Shown here: in pieces, positions 40,525 through 51,900 of the stretch | Numbering within the stretch: the stretch's first letter is position 1 | Layout of the letters: each line of letters starts with the position of its first letter | Origin: Eledone cirrhosa | Lineage: Eukaryota | Length of the DNA: 64,000 nucleotides | Assembly: GCA_964016885.1 (NCBI GenBank) | Contig: OZ024741.1 | Span: forward strand, 78,988,001-79,052,000 | Direction of reading: 5' to 3' | Notes under the pieces: model-generated | Seen by the model: only the letters and a program-made list of their open reading frames with translations | Databases searched by the model: none | What the model was told of the DNA's origin: nothing | Program-made: the position numbers and the translations under genes

Positions 40525-40739
40525 GAATGCCATGGTTGACGGAGGCTCGGCTCTGTAAGGTATAGTAATTTTTAACCGTTAAAACAATTGTAAATTGTTT
40601 AAAACTTGAACCAAATTGTTGATAAAGACACCCTCCTCCTCGTGAGAGGGGTCTTTCTGTCCGTTATTTGGCCCTTCGGGGTTAAATAACCAGTTATTGG
40701 GGTTTTGTACCCAAAATTTCATTTTAAACAAAAAACAAC

Positions 40740-42834
40740 ATGGCTACGAAAAAGAAATTTCATACGTCACTCCCACTCATTCCGTCTTCTTCTTCCTCAA
40801 TCATCACTACAGCAGAGAGAAGATTGTCTCTCTCCCTCCCTTCTTTAAATGTGTCTCTCTCCCTCCCTTCTCTTTCGCAAGCGACGAAAGAAAAGAAAAG
40901 TCTCGTGCAAAGCGTGCAAGGTTTCTCCACGACGACGACGACAGCGACGAAACAGGTGTGCGGGAAATACGAAAACCCAGTTCATTCGTCTGACGTCAGG
41001 AATAATAGCAGTAGCAGCCGTAATAACAACAGCAACAGTGACAATGAAAACAACAGTAGCAGCCGCAACAGCATCACCAGCAGCATAAACAACAACAGCA
41101 TTAGCAGCAGCAACACCAACAACAACCACAGCAACAGCGGCGGAGGCAGTAGTCGTAGTACCTGCAGCAACAAAAGTACCAGCAGCTCTGACGACAACAA
41201 CAACAGCAGAGAAAAACCAATCTCATTTGCAGGTATTGCGAAAAACTTGGAAACAATCCTCATAACAAATGAGGAATTAGAGGAAGCGAAGAAGATGGTG
41301 ACAAAGAACGGACACCGAGCAATCTGCAAGGCAGCGGAAAAGTTTTTCGAGACCCAAGAGCACTGTACGGTCACGTACCGTACAGTAAGTACAAAATCCC
41401 GTAGGGTGGAAAGAGCCACAGAGGCCCAAATACAAAAAGCCTTGGGGTCTGTGTGGCAGAGGAAAACGCACATCACCCGAGGCAAAAAATACGCCACCGT
41501 AGACGTACTTTTTGCCACACCCCAGGAGGCAAAGGCCCAATCAGTAGTGACCCTAAGGAGCGAGGAAATGGTGTTGGTGCCCTCCTACTGCGGGCAAAAA
41601 ATTGTGAGGGTCAAACTGACCCACGTCCCCCCCGGAATGACCCCTTCTTGGCTGGCCGCGTCTGTCCTCGTCGGAATCGAGGACAAAACAACTGTACTGC
41701 AAGTACAGAAAAAAGTAAGAGAAGATTGGGTCGGCTCCTCCATTGAGATGCTAATCCAAACCAACCAGGAGTGCATCGAAGCTATCCCGGATGTGATAGA
41801 CTTCGATAACGGCACTCAACTGCCCATAAGTGTTGAGGGCAAACGCCCGAAATGCTTTCGCTGTGGATCGAAGACTCACCTCAGGGCCTTCTGCAACGAG
41901 AAGACCCTGAGAAAGGAGAAAACCCCCCTCCTTCCGAATCCGGCTCCACGGCTACCAGCAACAGGACAAGCGGCAACCAGGAACGATAGGTCCGTGGCAC
42001 CCATACCCACTCCACGGAAATCAAAGACAGCAGCAGCAGTGGAAATATTAACAACAACAACAGCAATACCAAATGCAGCTGCAACAGAGACTCCAGTGCA
42101 AACATCACCAACAACAACAAGTGAAAGAGTGGAGCTGGTACCCCTCCCCGACCTTACAGAATCAGACATGGAGTGTGAGGTGGGAGAGGGATGGCAAAAG
42201 GTCGCAAGAAGGCACAAACGCAGAAGCAGCGAATCGTCGCCTTTGAAAAGGGAGGAAAGAAATGAGAAAAGGGTAAAGTCTACTGCAAAGAGACCCACAG
42301 CAGCAACACCACCAACACCATCACCACCCACACCAGCACCACCATCGCCACCGGCGACAACCCCACCGCCAACAACACCTTCAACACCACCACCACAAGC
42401 ACCAACATCGCAAACACAACAACAAAACACACACACCCAGCAACAACGACAAGAAAATAGCAGAACCACACCCCACCCCCAGAAAAACCAAATGCACGGC
42501 AATAAACACACACAACAAGAAACTAATGACTTACATAATTGAACACACAGACATTTCACAACAGGACTACATAATACCAGCACCAATCAAAACGCCAACT
42601 AACATAAGACTGCTAAAAATAGCACAGAAACAATACACAAACATTAAAACGAAATTCCCCAACGCAGTTGGTGATTTCAGGGACCTAGGAGGAACCATCA
42701 ATCGAAGAGTATATTCAGACATTCTCTTAGAAGAGCCGACGACCAGCCGAAGGGACGATTCAACGGTCCCTTCACCAGACGATCAAGTGAAAAGGGATGT
42801 AAAAACCATCCCTCCTCTACCAAAAGTACGGTAA
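40740..42834 (+). pseudogene. Tx1-C ORF1 (gag-like CCHC protein) with +1 frameshift near 42488
   Basis: ORFs 40740-42542 and 42526-42834 together equal the 698-aa ORF1 of copy D; GAAAAACCAAATGC here vs GAAAAACAAATGC in D. Confidence 0.85.
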
Positions 42835-42869
42835 GTGGTCTTTCCCATCTTTTCCACTCTATTTTAAAC

Positions 42870-45800
42870 ATGACCTCACTCAGAATAGGCAGCATAAATG
42901 CGCGTGGCTTGGGGTCGTCATGGAAGCAGGGTCACCTGCTCAACGACCTCAGGTCACTAAACATAGATGTAGTGGCCATCAGCGAGACCAGAATTTCCGA
43001 AGCACGGGCCTTCGCACCGATCTTCGGCGGCTACGATGTGTACGCATCTCCCAGCCGTCCTGGATCCGGTGGAGGAGTTGCTGTGCTTTTTCGGAGAGGT
43101 TTGGATCTCGCCATACGGGCCATCTTCCTGGACCCAGAGGGTAAGCTGGTGGTGCTGGACGTGACCAGCGGAGACGGGCAAGCTTTCAGGCTAGTGGCCG
43201 TCTATGCCCCGACAGGAGCAGGGCGGCCTGATTTCTTCCGGCGTCTGGAGACCTTTCTTGGAACGTCGCGCTCTTTAGTGTTAGTGGGCGACTGGAACGG
43301 GATCTTAGATGCACGCTGGGACTGTGTGGGATTAGCGGATAGGGGTGGAGGGTGCAAGAGCCTCACCAACCTGCTCAGGCGTTTTGAACTGTCTGACAGG
43401 TACCGATTGGATTTCCCGAATGTGCCAATGTGGACTTGGACAAACCGCATAGGGTCATCCAGATCATATCTAGATAGAGTATTTTGTAGGGAAATAGATA
43501 GGTCTAGCATAGGCTGTCCACAATTCAAGATAGTCAGCTACACGGACCACAAATTCGTGACCTGTGTGCTTGACTTAGATAGGCTTCATAGACGAGGACC
43601 CGGCTACTGGAAGCTAAACGCGTCCTTACCAGCGCGCAAGGCCTACAGAGACCGGATTAGCGAACTAGTTAAGCGGGCGTTGACGGGGGCCATCGTCAAC
43701 AACAAGTGGTGGTTTGCTCTGAAAAGAGCGATTAGAATAGAATCGATTAGGTTTAGTAAGGCTTTAGCAATAGAGAAAAATAGAGCAGAGGGAGAACTAG
43801 TTAGAAAATTAGACGAGGCGCTTAGCAAAGGCATTGCGACCGACGTGCTTGCGGCGAAATTGGCCCTTGACCAATTCTTCAATGCAAAGCACGAAGGCTG
43901 CGTTGTCAGAGCTAGGGTGCGTGCTCTCAGACACGAGGGGACGAAAGCCGTTCAATGGGCCCGAGTGGCGGAGGCGCGTCGTGGCAACAAAGCCACGATC
44001 CGGTCTTTGGTGGACCACGACGGGCGCATGCTACTCGATCCCGGGCAAATGTGTGAAGCTTTTCAGCGACACTTCGCTCAGCTGTTCGGGGGCAGCGGGG
44101 GGCCGGGTAGAGGGATGGACTTTAGTGTCTACCTCGACGGGCTGCCGCGGCTCTCGGCCACTGAGGCGAGGTGTTGCGAAAAGCCGATAACAGCCGCTGA
44201 AGTACGGGAGGCAATGACTGGCTGCACAAGGGGTAAATCGCCTGGTTTGGATGGTCTGCCCTATGAACTTTACGTACAGATGCCAGACTTGTTCGGAGGC
44301 CTCTTGGCGGACGTCTACTGCAACTGGCAACAGAACGGGAGAATTCCCAGTTCTGTGAGCCGAGGAGCGGTGGCACTGCTGAGAAAGGATCCGAACAAGG
44401 GGGATAACATAGACAATTTCCGGCCCATAACTCTGCTAAACACAGAGTTTAAGATTTTGGCCAAGGTGCTAGCAAAGAGGTTGGCGCTTGTCGTTGGTGG
44501 TCTGGTGGGAGAGGCGCAGACATGCGCCATTCCCGACAGATCCATCCACGACAACCTCCACCTCATGCGATACATCGTAGAGAGGGTAGCTAGGGAACCT
44601 GGCACGGGTGGGTCCTTGATCAATTTAGATCAGTCGAAAGCTTTCGATAGGGTCGACCATCGTTACCTAGCGGCAGTCCTGAGGGCGGCTGGCTTTGGGC
44701 CCGTCTTCAGAGGCTGGATCGCTGCCATGCACAGCGACATCTGCTCTGTGGTGAGAGTGAACGGTCACCTGTCGGAACCGTTCAACATCATGCGCTCGGT
44801 CCGCCAAGGATGTCCCCTCTCGTCCCTCTTGTACGTATTGACTCTCGAGCCATTACTGCACAAACTGGAGACGTTGAGGGGAGTCCCGCGCGAACTAGGA
44901 TGCGGAAGATCCGTGTCAGCATATGCGGACGATGTCACCGTAGTGGTGTCGAACGCCAAACACATCGAGGCGATCGGCACTACACTAAGAGAATACGAAG
45001 CGGTGACAGGAGCAATGATCAACCAGGAAAAGTCAGTGGGCCTGCAGCTCGGCACCTGGAGAGGCAGGTCCATGCCGTCCAACAGCGTCGTCGGGCGCTG
45101 GACGGACGGACCGGTTAAATTGCTAGGGGTCTGGTTCGGTCCGGACCTCCAGACGGACAAAAACTGGGACGAGGTGACGAGCAGGGTGGCTTCTCTCACC
45201 CAGAAATGGGCGGAGAGGAAGCTATCCCTGAAAGGTCGAGCGGAGGTGGCTAACGCGTACATCGCGTCTGTCATCTGCTACCGCCTAACCGTCGTACCTT
45301 GTCCTAAGCCTCGCCTGACTGCGCTGGAGCGTTTGCTCTTTCGCTTTTTGTGGAAGGGACGTGCTCCGATGGTCAGGCGGTCCATCTGTTGTCAACACCC
45401 GCTACGTGGAGGGCTGGGCATGCCGTGGCTGATGATGCGCAGGCACGCGCTCAGGCTACGACATCTCCACCTCTTCCTCGACGGTGATCAGGTGTGGTCG
45501 CCGTTTGCTAGACGCGTTTTTCCCCAGCTCGTTTCCTTGACGGAGCTGCAGTCCTGGGTCAAGCGAAGACCGAGAGGGAGCGCCTGGAGACTGGAATGTC
45601 TTCAGGCGCTCACAGCCCTCGACCAATCGGGCAATGTGATCGGTGGAAACTCCACCTCGGCGTTCTATAGAGGATTAGTGGAGGGGAAGAGCGACGACGT
45701 ACTTGGGGAAACTCTAGGCGTCGACGAAAATCAACTAGCCAATCTCTTCGGAAGAACTTTCGGGCCAGGGCCTATGGACAACTTCCAGAAATCTCTGGCC

Positions 45801-46289
45801 TGGCAGTGCTACCGAGGAGCCTTGCCAGTTCGGGATAAACTCTACAGGCATGGAGGTGCCGTCAGCCGGGCATGTCCGAGATGCGCGCAGGGCGACGAAA
45901 CCGTCCTGCACGCACTCGTCCAGTGTCCGAAAATTGCTGACTTGTGGGTTTATGTCGAACACCTGCTGTCGCGTTTAGGACGGATCCAGCTATCATCTGG
46001 GTCCATCGTGAGGATTGCCCCGCCCTCCTCCTTTAGCCGGGAAGGGCAGGCAGTTTTTATCTGTCTGGTGGCCATGGCGAAAGAGATAGTATGGTGGACA
46101 CGTTTGAAAGGGCTGAAGACGAGCACTTACCTCTTCGGTGATGCTCTGATTGACTTTTTCAAATTTCATTTGAAAAGGAAAATCAGAGTAGAGAGGGAAG
46201 TGCTCTCTTCCCAGCATTTTGTTGAAAGATGGGTGAGAGAAGCAAGAATGGCCCGAGTGAATGGGCCGACTCTGAGTATATATCTGTAA
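42870..46289 (+). CDS. Tx1-C ORF2: APE endonuclease, reverse transcriptase, C-terminal CCHC (1139 aa)
   Basis: SINARGL, ISETR, GDWN, YLDRVF, YTDHK; KSPGLDGLP, NFRPITLLN, DQSKAFDRV, RQGCPLS, YADD; CPRCAQGDETVLHALVQC. Confidence 0.97.
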   Translation: MTSLRIGSINARGLGSSWKQGHLLNDLRSLNIDVVAISETRISEARAFAPIFGGYDVYASPSRPGSGGGVAVLFRRGLDLAIRAIFLDPEGKLVVLDVTSGDGQAFRLVAVYAPTGAGRPDFFRRLETFLGTSRSLVLVGDWNGILDARWDCVGLADRGGGCKSLTNLLRRFELSDRYRLDFPNVPMWTWTNRIGSSRSYLDRVFCREIDRSSIGCPQFKIVSYTDHKFVTCVLDLDRLHRRGPGYWKLNASLPARKAYRDRISELVKRALTGAIVNNKWWFALKRAIRIESIRFSKALAIEKNRAEGELVRKLDEALSKGIATDVLAAKLALDQFFNAKHEGCVVRARVRALRHEGTKAVQWARVAEARRGNKATIRSLVDHDGRMLLDPGQMCEAFQRHFAQLFGGSGGPGRGMDFSVYLDGLPRLSATEARCCEKPITAAEVREAMTGCTRGKSPGLDGLPYELYVQMPDLFGGLLADVYCNWQQNGRIPSSVSRGAVALLRKDPNKGDNIDNFRPITLLNTEFKILAKVLAKRLALVVGGLVGEAQTCAIPDRSIHDNLHLMRYIVERVAREPGTGGSLINLDQSKAFDRVDHRYLAAVLRAAGFGPVFRGWIAAMHSDICSVVRVNGHLSEPFNIMRSVRQGCPLSSLLYVLTLEPLLHKLETLRGVPRELGCGRSVSAYADDVTVVVSNAKHIEAIGTTLREYEAVTGAMINQEKSVGLQLGTWRGRSMPSNSVVGRWTDGPVKLLGVWFGPDLQTDKNWDEVTSRVASLTQKWAERKLSLKGRAEVANAYIASVICYRLTVVPCPKPRLTALERLLFRFLWKGRAPMVRRSICCQHPLRGGLGMPWLMMRRHALRLRHLHLFLDGDQVWSPFARRVFPQLVSLTELQSWVKRRPRGSAWRLECLQALTALDQSGNVIGGNSTSAFYRGLVEGKSDDVLGETLGVDENQLANLFGRTFGPGPMDNFQKSLAWQCYRGALPVRDKLYRHGGAVSRACPRCAQGDETVLHALVQCPKIADLWVYVEHLLSRLGRIQLSSGSIVRIAPPSSFSREGQAVFICLVAMAKEIVWWTRLKGLKTSTYLFGDALIDFFKFHLKRKIRVEREVLSSQHFVERWVREARMARVNGPTLSIYL

Positions 46290-46549
46290 ACTAAAGGTGG
46301 AAAACTGGGAGAGGGCACTTGCCTTGGTGGTCAGGGTCATTGTGGCTTTTTACTGGGCTTTCTCCACAAATGTCCCTCCAAAGTCTCCCCCCTATTGGGG
46401 AATTTTTCATTGTTATTTTCATTGTTATTTTTGTTACATCCTCTGTTTTTGTTTTTTTACACGCAGAAATGCCCATTTGTACCGTCCTGCATTGTCCTGC
46501 ACTGTCCTTAATGTCTACTTTATGTAAACCCTTGTGGTTAATAAAGAAA

Positions 46550-46590
<41 letters not shown>

Positions 46591-46805
46591 GAATGCCATG
46601 GTTGACGGAGGCTCGGCTCTGTAAGGTATAGTAATTTTTAACCGTTAAAACAATTGTAAATTGTTTAAAACTTGAACCAAATTGTTGATAAAGACACCCT
46701 CCTCCTCGTGAGAGGGGTCTTTCTGTCCGTTATTTGGCCCTTCGGGGTTAAATAACCAGTTATTGGGGTTTTGTACCCAAAATTTCATTTTAAACAAAAA
46801 ACAAC

Positions 46806-48902
46806 ATGGCTACGAAAAAGAAATTTCATACGTCACTCCCACTCATTCCGTCTTCTTCTTCCTCAATCATCACTACAGCAGAGAGAAGATTGTCTCTCTC
46901 CCTCCCTTCTTTAAATGTGTCTCTCTCCCTCCCTTCTCTTTCGCAAGTGACGAAAGAAAAGAAAAGTCTCGTGCAAAGCGTGCAAGGTTTCTCCACGACG
47001 ACGACGACAGCGACGAAACAGGTGTGCGGGAAATACGAAAACCCAGTTCATTCGTCTGACGTCAGGAATAATAGCAGTAGCAGCCGTAATAACAACTGCA
47101 ACAGTGACAATGAAAACAACAGTAGCAGCCGCAACAGCATCACCAGCAGTATAAACAACAACAGCATTAGCAGCAGCAACACCAACAACAACCACAGCAA
47201 CAGCGGCGGAGGCAGTAGTCGTAGTACCTGCAGCAACAACAAAAGTACCAGCAGCTCTGACGACAACAACAACAGCAGAGAAAAACCAATCTCATTTGCA
47301 GGTATTGCGAAAAACTTGGAAACAATCCTCATAACAAATGAGGAATTAGAGGAAGCGAAGAAGATGGTGACAAAGAACGGACACCGAGCAATCTGCAAGG
47401 CAGCGGAAAAATTTTTCAAAACCCAAGAGCACTGTACGGTCACGTACCGTACAGTAAGTACAAAATCCCGTAGGGTGGAAAGAGCCACAGAGGCCCAAAT
47501 ACAAAAAGCCTTGGGGTCTGTGTGGCAGCGGAAAACGCACATCACCCGAGGCAAAAAATATGCCACCGTAGACGTACTTTTTGCCACACCCCAGGAGGCA
47601 AAGGCCCAATCAGTAGTGACCCTAAGGAGCGAGGAAATGGTGTTGGTGCCCTCCTACTGCGGGCAAAAAATTGTGAGGGTCAAACTGACCCACGTCCCCC
47701 CCGGAATGACCCCTTCTTGGCTGGCCGCGTCTGTCCTAATCGGAATCGAGGACAAAACAACTGTACTGCAAGTACAGAAAAAAGTAAGAGAAGATTGGGT
47801 CGGCTCCTCCATTGAGATGCTAATCCAAACCAACCAGGAGTGCATCGAAGCTATCCCGGATGTGATAGACTTCGATAACGGCACTCAACTGCCCATAAGT
47901 GTTGAGGGCAAACGCCCGAAATGCTTTCGCTGTGGATCGAAGACTCACCTCAGGGCCTTCTGCAACGAGAAGACCCTGAGAAAGGAGAAAACCCCCCTCC
48001 TTCCGAATCCGGCTCCACGGCTACCAGCAACAGGACAAGCGGCAACCAGGAACGATAGGTCCGTGGCACCCATACCCACGCCACGGAAATCAAAAACAGC
48101 AGCAGCAGTGGAAATATTAACAACAACAACAGCAATACCAAATGCAGCTGCAACAGAGACTCCAGTGCAAACATCACCAACAACAACAAGTGAAAGAGTG
48201 GAGTTGGTACCCCTCCCCGACCTTACAGAATCAGACATGGAGTGTGAGGTGGGAGAGGGATGGCAAAAGGTCGCAAGAAGGCACAAACGCAGAAGCAGCG
48301 CATCGTCGCCTTTGAAAAGGGAGGAAAGAAATGAGAAAAGGGTAAAGTCTACTGCAAAGAGACCCACAGCAGCAACACCACCAACACCATCACCACCCAC
48401 ACCAGCACCACCATCACCACCGGCGACAACCCCACCGCCAACAACACCTTCAACACCACCACCACAAGCACCAACATCGCAAACACAACAACAAAACACA
48501 CACACCCAGCAACAACGACAAGAAAATAGCAGAACCACACCCCACCCCCAGAAAAACAAATGCACGGCAATAAATACACACAACAAGAAACTAATGACTT
48601 ACATAATTGAACACACAGACATTTCACAACAGGACTACATAATACCAGCACCAATCAAAACGCCAACTAACATAAGACTGCTAAAAATAGCACAGAAACA
48701 ATACACAAACATTAAAACGAAATTCCCCAACGCAGTTGGTGATTTCAGGGACCTAGGAGGAACCATCAATCGAAGAGTATACTCAGACATTGTCTTAGAA
48801 GAGCCGACGACCAGCCGAAGGGACGATTCAACGGTCCCTTCACCAGACGATCAAGTGAAAAGGGATGTAAAAACCATCCCTCCTCTACCAAAAGTACGGT
48901 AA
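46806..48902 (+). CDS. Tx1-D ORF1, nucleic-acid-binding protein with CX2CX4HX4C knuckle (698 aa)
   Basis: CFRCGSKTHLRAFC; S/N-rich N-terminus and P/T/Q-rich linker; lies 35 nt upstream of ORF2. Confidence 0.92.
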   Translation: MATKKKFHTSLPLIPSSSSSIITTAERRLSLSLPSLNVSLSLPSLSQVTKEKKSLVQSVQGFSTTTTTATKQVCGKYENPVHSSDVRNNSSSSRNNNCNSDNENNSSSRNSITSSINNNSISSSNTNNNHSNSGGGSSRSTCSNNKSTSSSDDNNNSREKPISFAGIAKNLETILITNEELEEAKKMVTKNGHRAICKAAEKFFKTQEHCTVTYRTVSTKSRRVERATEAQIQKALGSVWQRKTHITRGKKYATVDVLFATPQEAKAQSVVTLRSEEMVLVPSYCGQKIVRVKLTHVPPGMTPSWLAASVLIGIEDKTTVLQVQKKVREDWVGSSIEMLIQTNQECIEAIPDVIDFDNGTQLPISVEGKRPKCFRCGSKTHLRAFCNEKTLRKEKTPLLPNPAPRLPATGQAATRNDRSVAPIPTPRKSKTAAAVEILTTTTAIPNAAATETPVQTSPTTTSERVELVPLPDLTESDMECEVGEGWQKVARRHKRRSSASSPLKREERNEKRVKSTAKRPTAATPPTPSPPTPAPPSPPATTPPPTTPSTPPPQAPTSQTQQQNTHTQQQRQENSRTTPHPQKNKCTAINTHNKKLMTYIIEHTDISQQDYIIPAPIKTPTNIRLLKIAQKQYTNIKTKFPNAVGDFRDLGGTINRRVYSDIVLEEPTTSRRDDSTVPSPDDQVKRDVKTIPPLPKVR

Positions 48903-48937
48903 GTGGTCTTTCCCATCTTTTCCACTCTATTTTAAAC

Positions 48938-51900
48938 ATGACCTCACTCAGAATAGGCAGCATAAATGCGCGTGGCTTAGGGTCGTCATGGAAGCAGGGT
49001 CACCTGCTCAACGACCTCAGGTCACTAAACATAGATGTAGTGGCCATCAGCGAGACCAGAATTTCCGAAGCACGGGCCTTCGCACCGATCTTCGGCGGCT
49101 ACGATGTGTACGCATCTCCCAGCCGTCCTGGATCCGGTGGAGGAGTTGCTGTGCTTTTTCGGAGAGGATTGGATCTCGCCATACGGGCCATCTTCCTGGA
49201 CCCAGAGGGTAAGCTGGTGGTGCTGGACGTGACCAGCGGAGACGGGCAAGCTTTCAGGCTAGTGGCCGTCTATGCCCCGACAGGAGCAGGGCGGCCTGAT
49301 TTCTTCCGGCGTCTGGAGACCTTTCTTGGAACGTCGCGCTCTTTAGTGTTAGTGGGCGACTGGAACGGGATCTTAGATGCACGCTGGGACTGTGTGGGAT
49401 TAGCGGATAGGGGTGGAGGGTGCAAGAGCCTCACCAACCTGCTCAGGCGTTTTGAACTGTCTGACAGGTACCGATTGGATTTCCCGAATGTGCCAATGTG
49501 GACTTGGACAAACCGCATAGGGTCATCCAGATCATATCTAGATAGAGTATTTTGTAGGGAAATAGATAGGTCTAGCATAGGCTGTCCACAATTCAAGATA
49601 GTCAGCTACACGGACCACAAATTCGTGATCTGTGTGCTTGACTTAGATAGGCTTCATAGACGAGGACCCGGCTACTGGAAGCTAAACGCGTCCTTACCAG
49701 CGCGCAAGGCCTACAGAGACCGGATTAGCGAACTAGTTAAGCGGGCGTTGACGGGGGCCATCGTCAACAACAAGTGGTGGTTTGCTCTGAAAAGAGCGAT
49801 TAGAATAGAATCGATTAGATTTAGTAAGGCTTTAGCAATAGAGAAAAATAGAGCAGAGGGAGAACTAGTTAGAAAATTAGACAAGGCGCTTAGCAAAGGC
49901 ATTGCGACCGACGTGCTTGCGGCGAAATTGGCCCTTGACCAATTCTTCAATGCAAAGCACGAAGGCTGCGTTGTCAGAGCAAGGGTGCGTGCTCTCAGAC
50001 ACGAGGGGACGAAAGCCGTTCAATGGGCCCGAGTGGCGGAGGCGCGTCGTGGCAACAAAGCCACGATCCGGTCTTTGGTGGACCACGACGGGCGCATGCT
50101 ACTCGATCCCGGGCAAATGTGTGAAGCTTTTCAGCGACACTTCGCTCAGCTGTTCGGGGGCAGCGGCGGGCCGGATCGAGGGATGGACTTTAGTGTCTAC
50201 CTCGACGGACTGCCGCGGCTCTCGGCCACTGAGGCGGAGTGTTGCGAAAAGCCGATAACAGCCGCTGAAGTAAGGGAGGCAATGACTGGCTGCACAAGGG
50301 GTAAATCGCCTGGTTTGGATGGTCTGCCCTATGAACTTTACGTACAGATGCCAGACTTGTTCGGAGGCCTCTTGGCGGACGTCTACTGCAACTGGCAACA
50401 GAACGGGAGAATTCCCAGTTCTGTGAGCCGAGGAGCGGTGGCACTGCTGAGAAAGGATCCGAACAAGGGGGATAACATAGAAAATTTCCGGCCCATAACT
50501 CTGCTAAACACAGAGTTTAAGATTTTGGCCAAGGTGCTAGCAAAGAGGTTGGCGCTTGTCGTTGGTGGTCTGGTGGGAGAGGCGCAGACATGCGCCATTC
50601 CCGACAGATCCATCCACGACAACCTCCACCTCATGCGATACATCGTAGAGAGGGTAGCTAGGGAACCTGGCACGGGTGGGTCCTTGATCAATTTAGATCA
50701 GTCGAAAGGTTTCGATAGGGTCGACCATCGTTACCTAGCGGCAGTCCTGAGGGCGGCTGGCTTTGGGCCCGTCTTCAGAGGCTGGATCGCTGCCATGCAC
50801 AGCGACATCTGCTCTGTGGTGAGAGTGAACGGTCACCTGTCGGAACCGTTCAACATCATGCGCTCGGTCCGCCAAGGATGTCCCCTCTCGTCCCTCTTGT
50901 ACGTATTGACTCTCGAGCCATTACTGCACAAACTGGAGACGTTGAGGGGGGTCCCGCGCGAACTAGGATGCGGAAGATCCGTATCAGCATATGCGGACGA
51001 TGTCACCGTAGTGGTGTCGAACGCCAAACACATCGAGGCGATCGGCACTACACTAAGAGAATACGAAGCGGTGACAGGAGCAATGATCAACCAGGAAAAG
51101 TCAGTGGGCCTGCAGCTCGGCACCTGGAGAGGCAGGTCCATGCCGTCCAACAGCGTCGTCGGACGCTGGACGGACGGACCGGTTAAATTGCTAGGGGTCT
51201 GGTTCGGTCCGGACCTCCAGACGGACAAAAACTGGGACGAGGTGACGAGCAGGGTGGCTTCTCTCACCCAGAAATGGGCCGAGAGGAAGCTATCCCTGAA
51301 AGGTCGAGCGGAGGTGGCTAACGCGTACATCGCGTCCGTCATCTGCTACCGCCTGACCGTCGTACCTTGTCCTAAGCCTCGCCTGACTGTGCTGGAGCGT
51401 TTGCTCTTTCGCTTTTTGTGGAAGGGACGCGCTCCGATGGTCAGGCGGTCCAACTGTTGTCAACACCCGCTACGTGGAGGGCTGGGCATGCCGTGGCTGA
51501 TGATGCGCAGGCACGCGCTCAGGCTACGACATCTCCACCTCTTCCTCGACGGTGATCAGGTGTGGTCGCCGTTTGCTAGACGCGTGTTTCCCCAGCTCGT
51601 TTCCTTGACGGAGCTGCAGTCCTGGGTCAAGCGAAGACCGAGAGGGAGCGCCTGGAGACTGGAATGTCTTCAGGCGCTCACAGCCCTCGACCAATCGGGC
51701 AATGTGATCGGTGGAAACTCCACCTCGGCGTTCTATAGAGGATTAGTGGAGGGGAAGAGCGACGACGTACTTGGGGAAACTCTAGGCGTCGACGAAAATC
51801 AACTAGCCAATCTCTTCAGAAGAACTTTCGGGCCAGGGCCTATGGACAACTTCCAGAAATCTCTGGCCTGGCAGTGCTACCGAGGAGCCTTGCCAGTTCG

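Larger units (their letters stand above)
40525..46551 (+). mobile_element. Tx1-clade LINE copy C, full-length
   Basis: Starts GAATGCCATGG directly after (ATT)14, ends AATAAAGAAATC before (ATT)13; ORF1 plus ORF2. Confidence 0.97.

Noticed and set aside
40624-40700. HDV-like ribozyme at the Tx1 5' end (TCCTCGT resembles loop L3)
   Set aside because: Could not build P1/P2 nesting from the element's first G; the segment folds as a simple hairpin.
43202-45274. Antisense and alternate-frame ORFs recurring in every Tx1 copy
   Set aside because: They recur only because the copies are near-identical; no domain signal.
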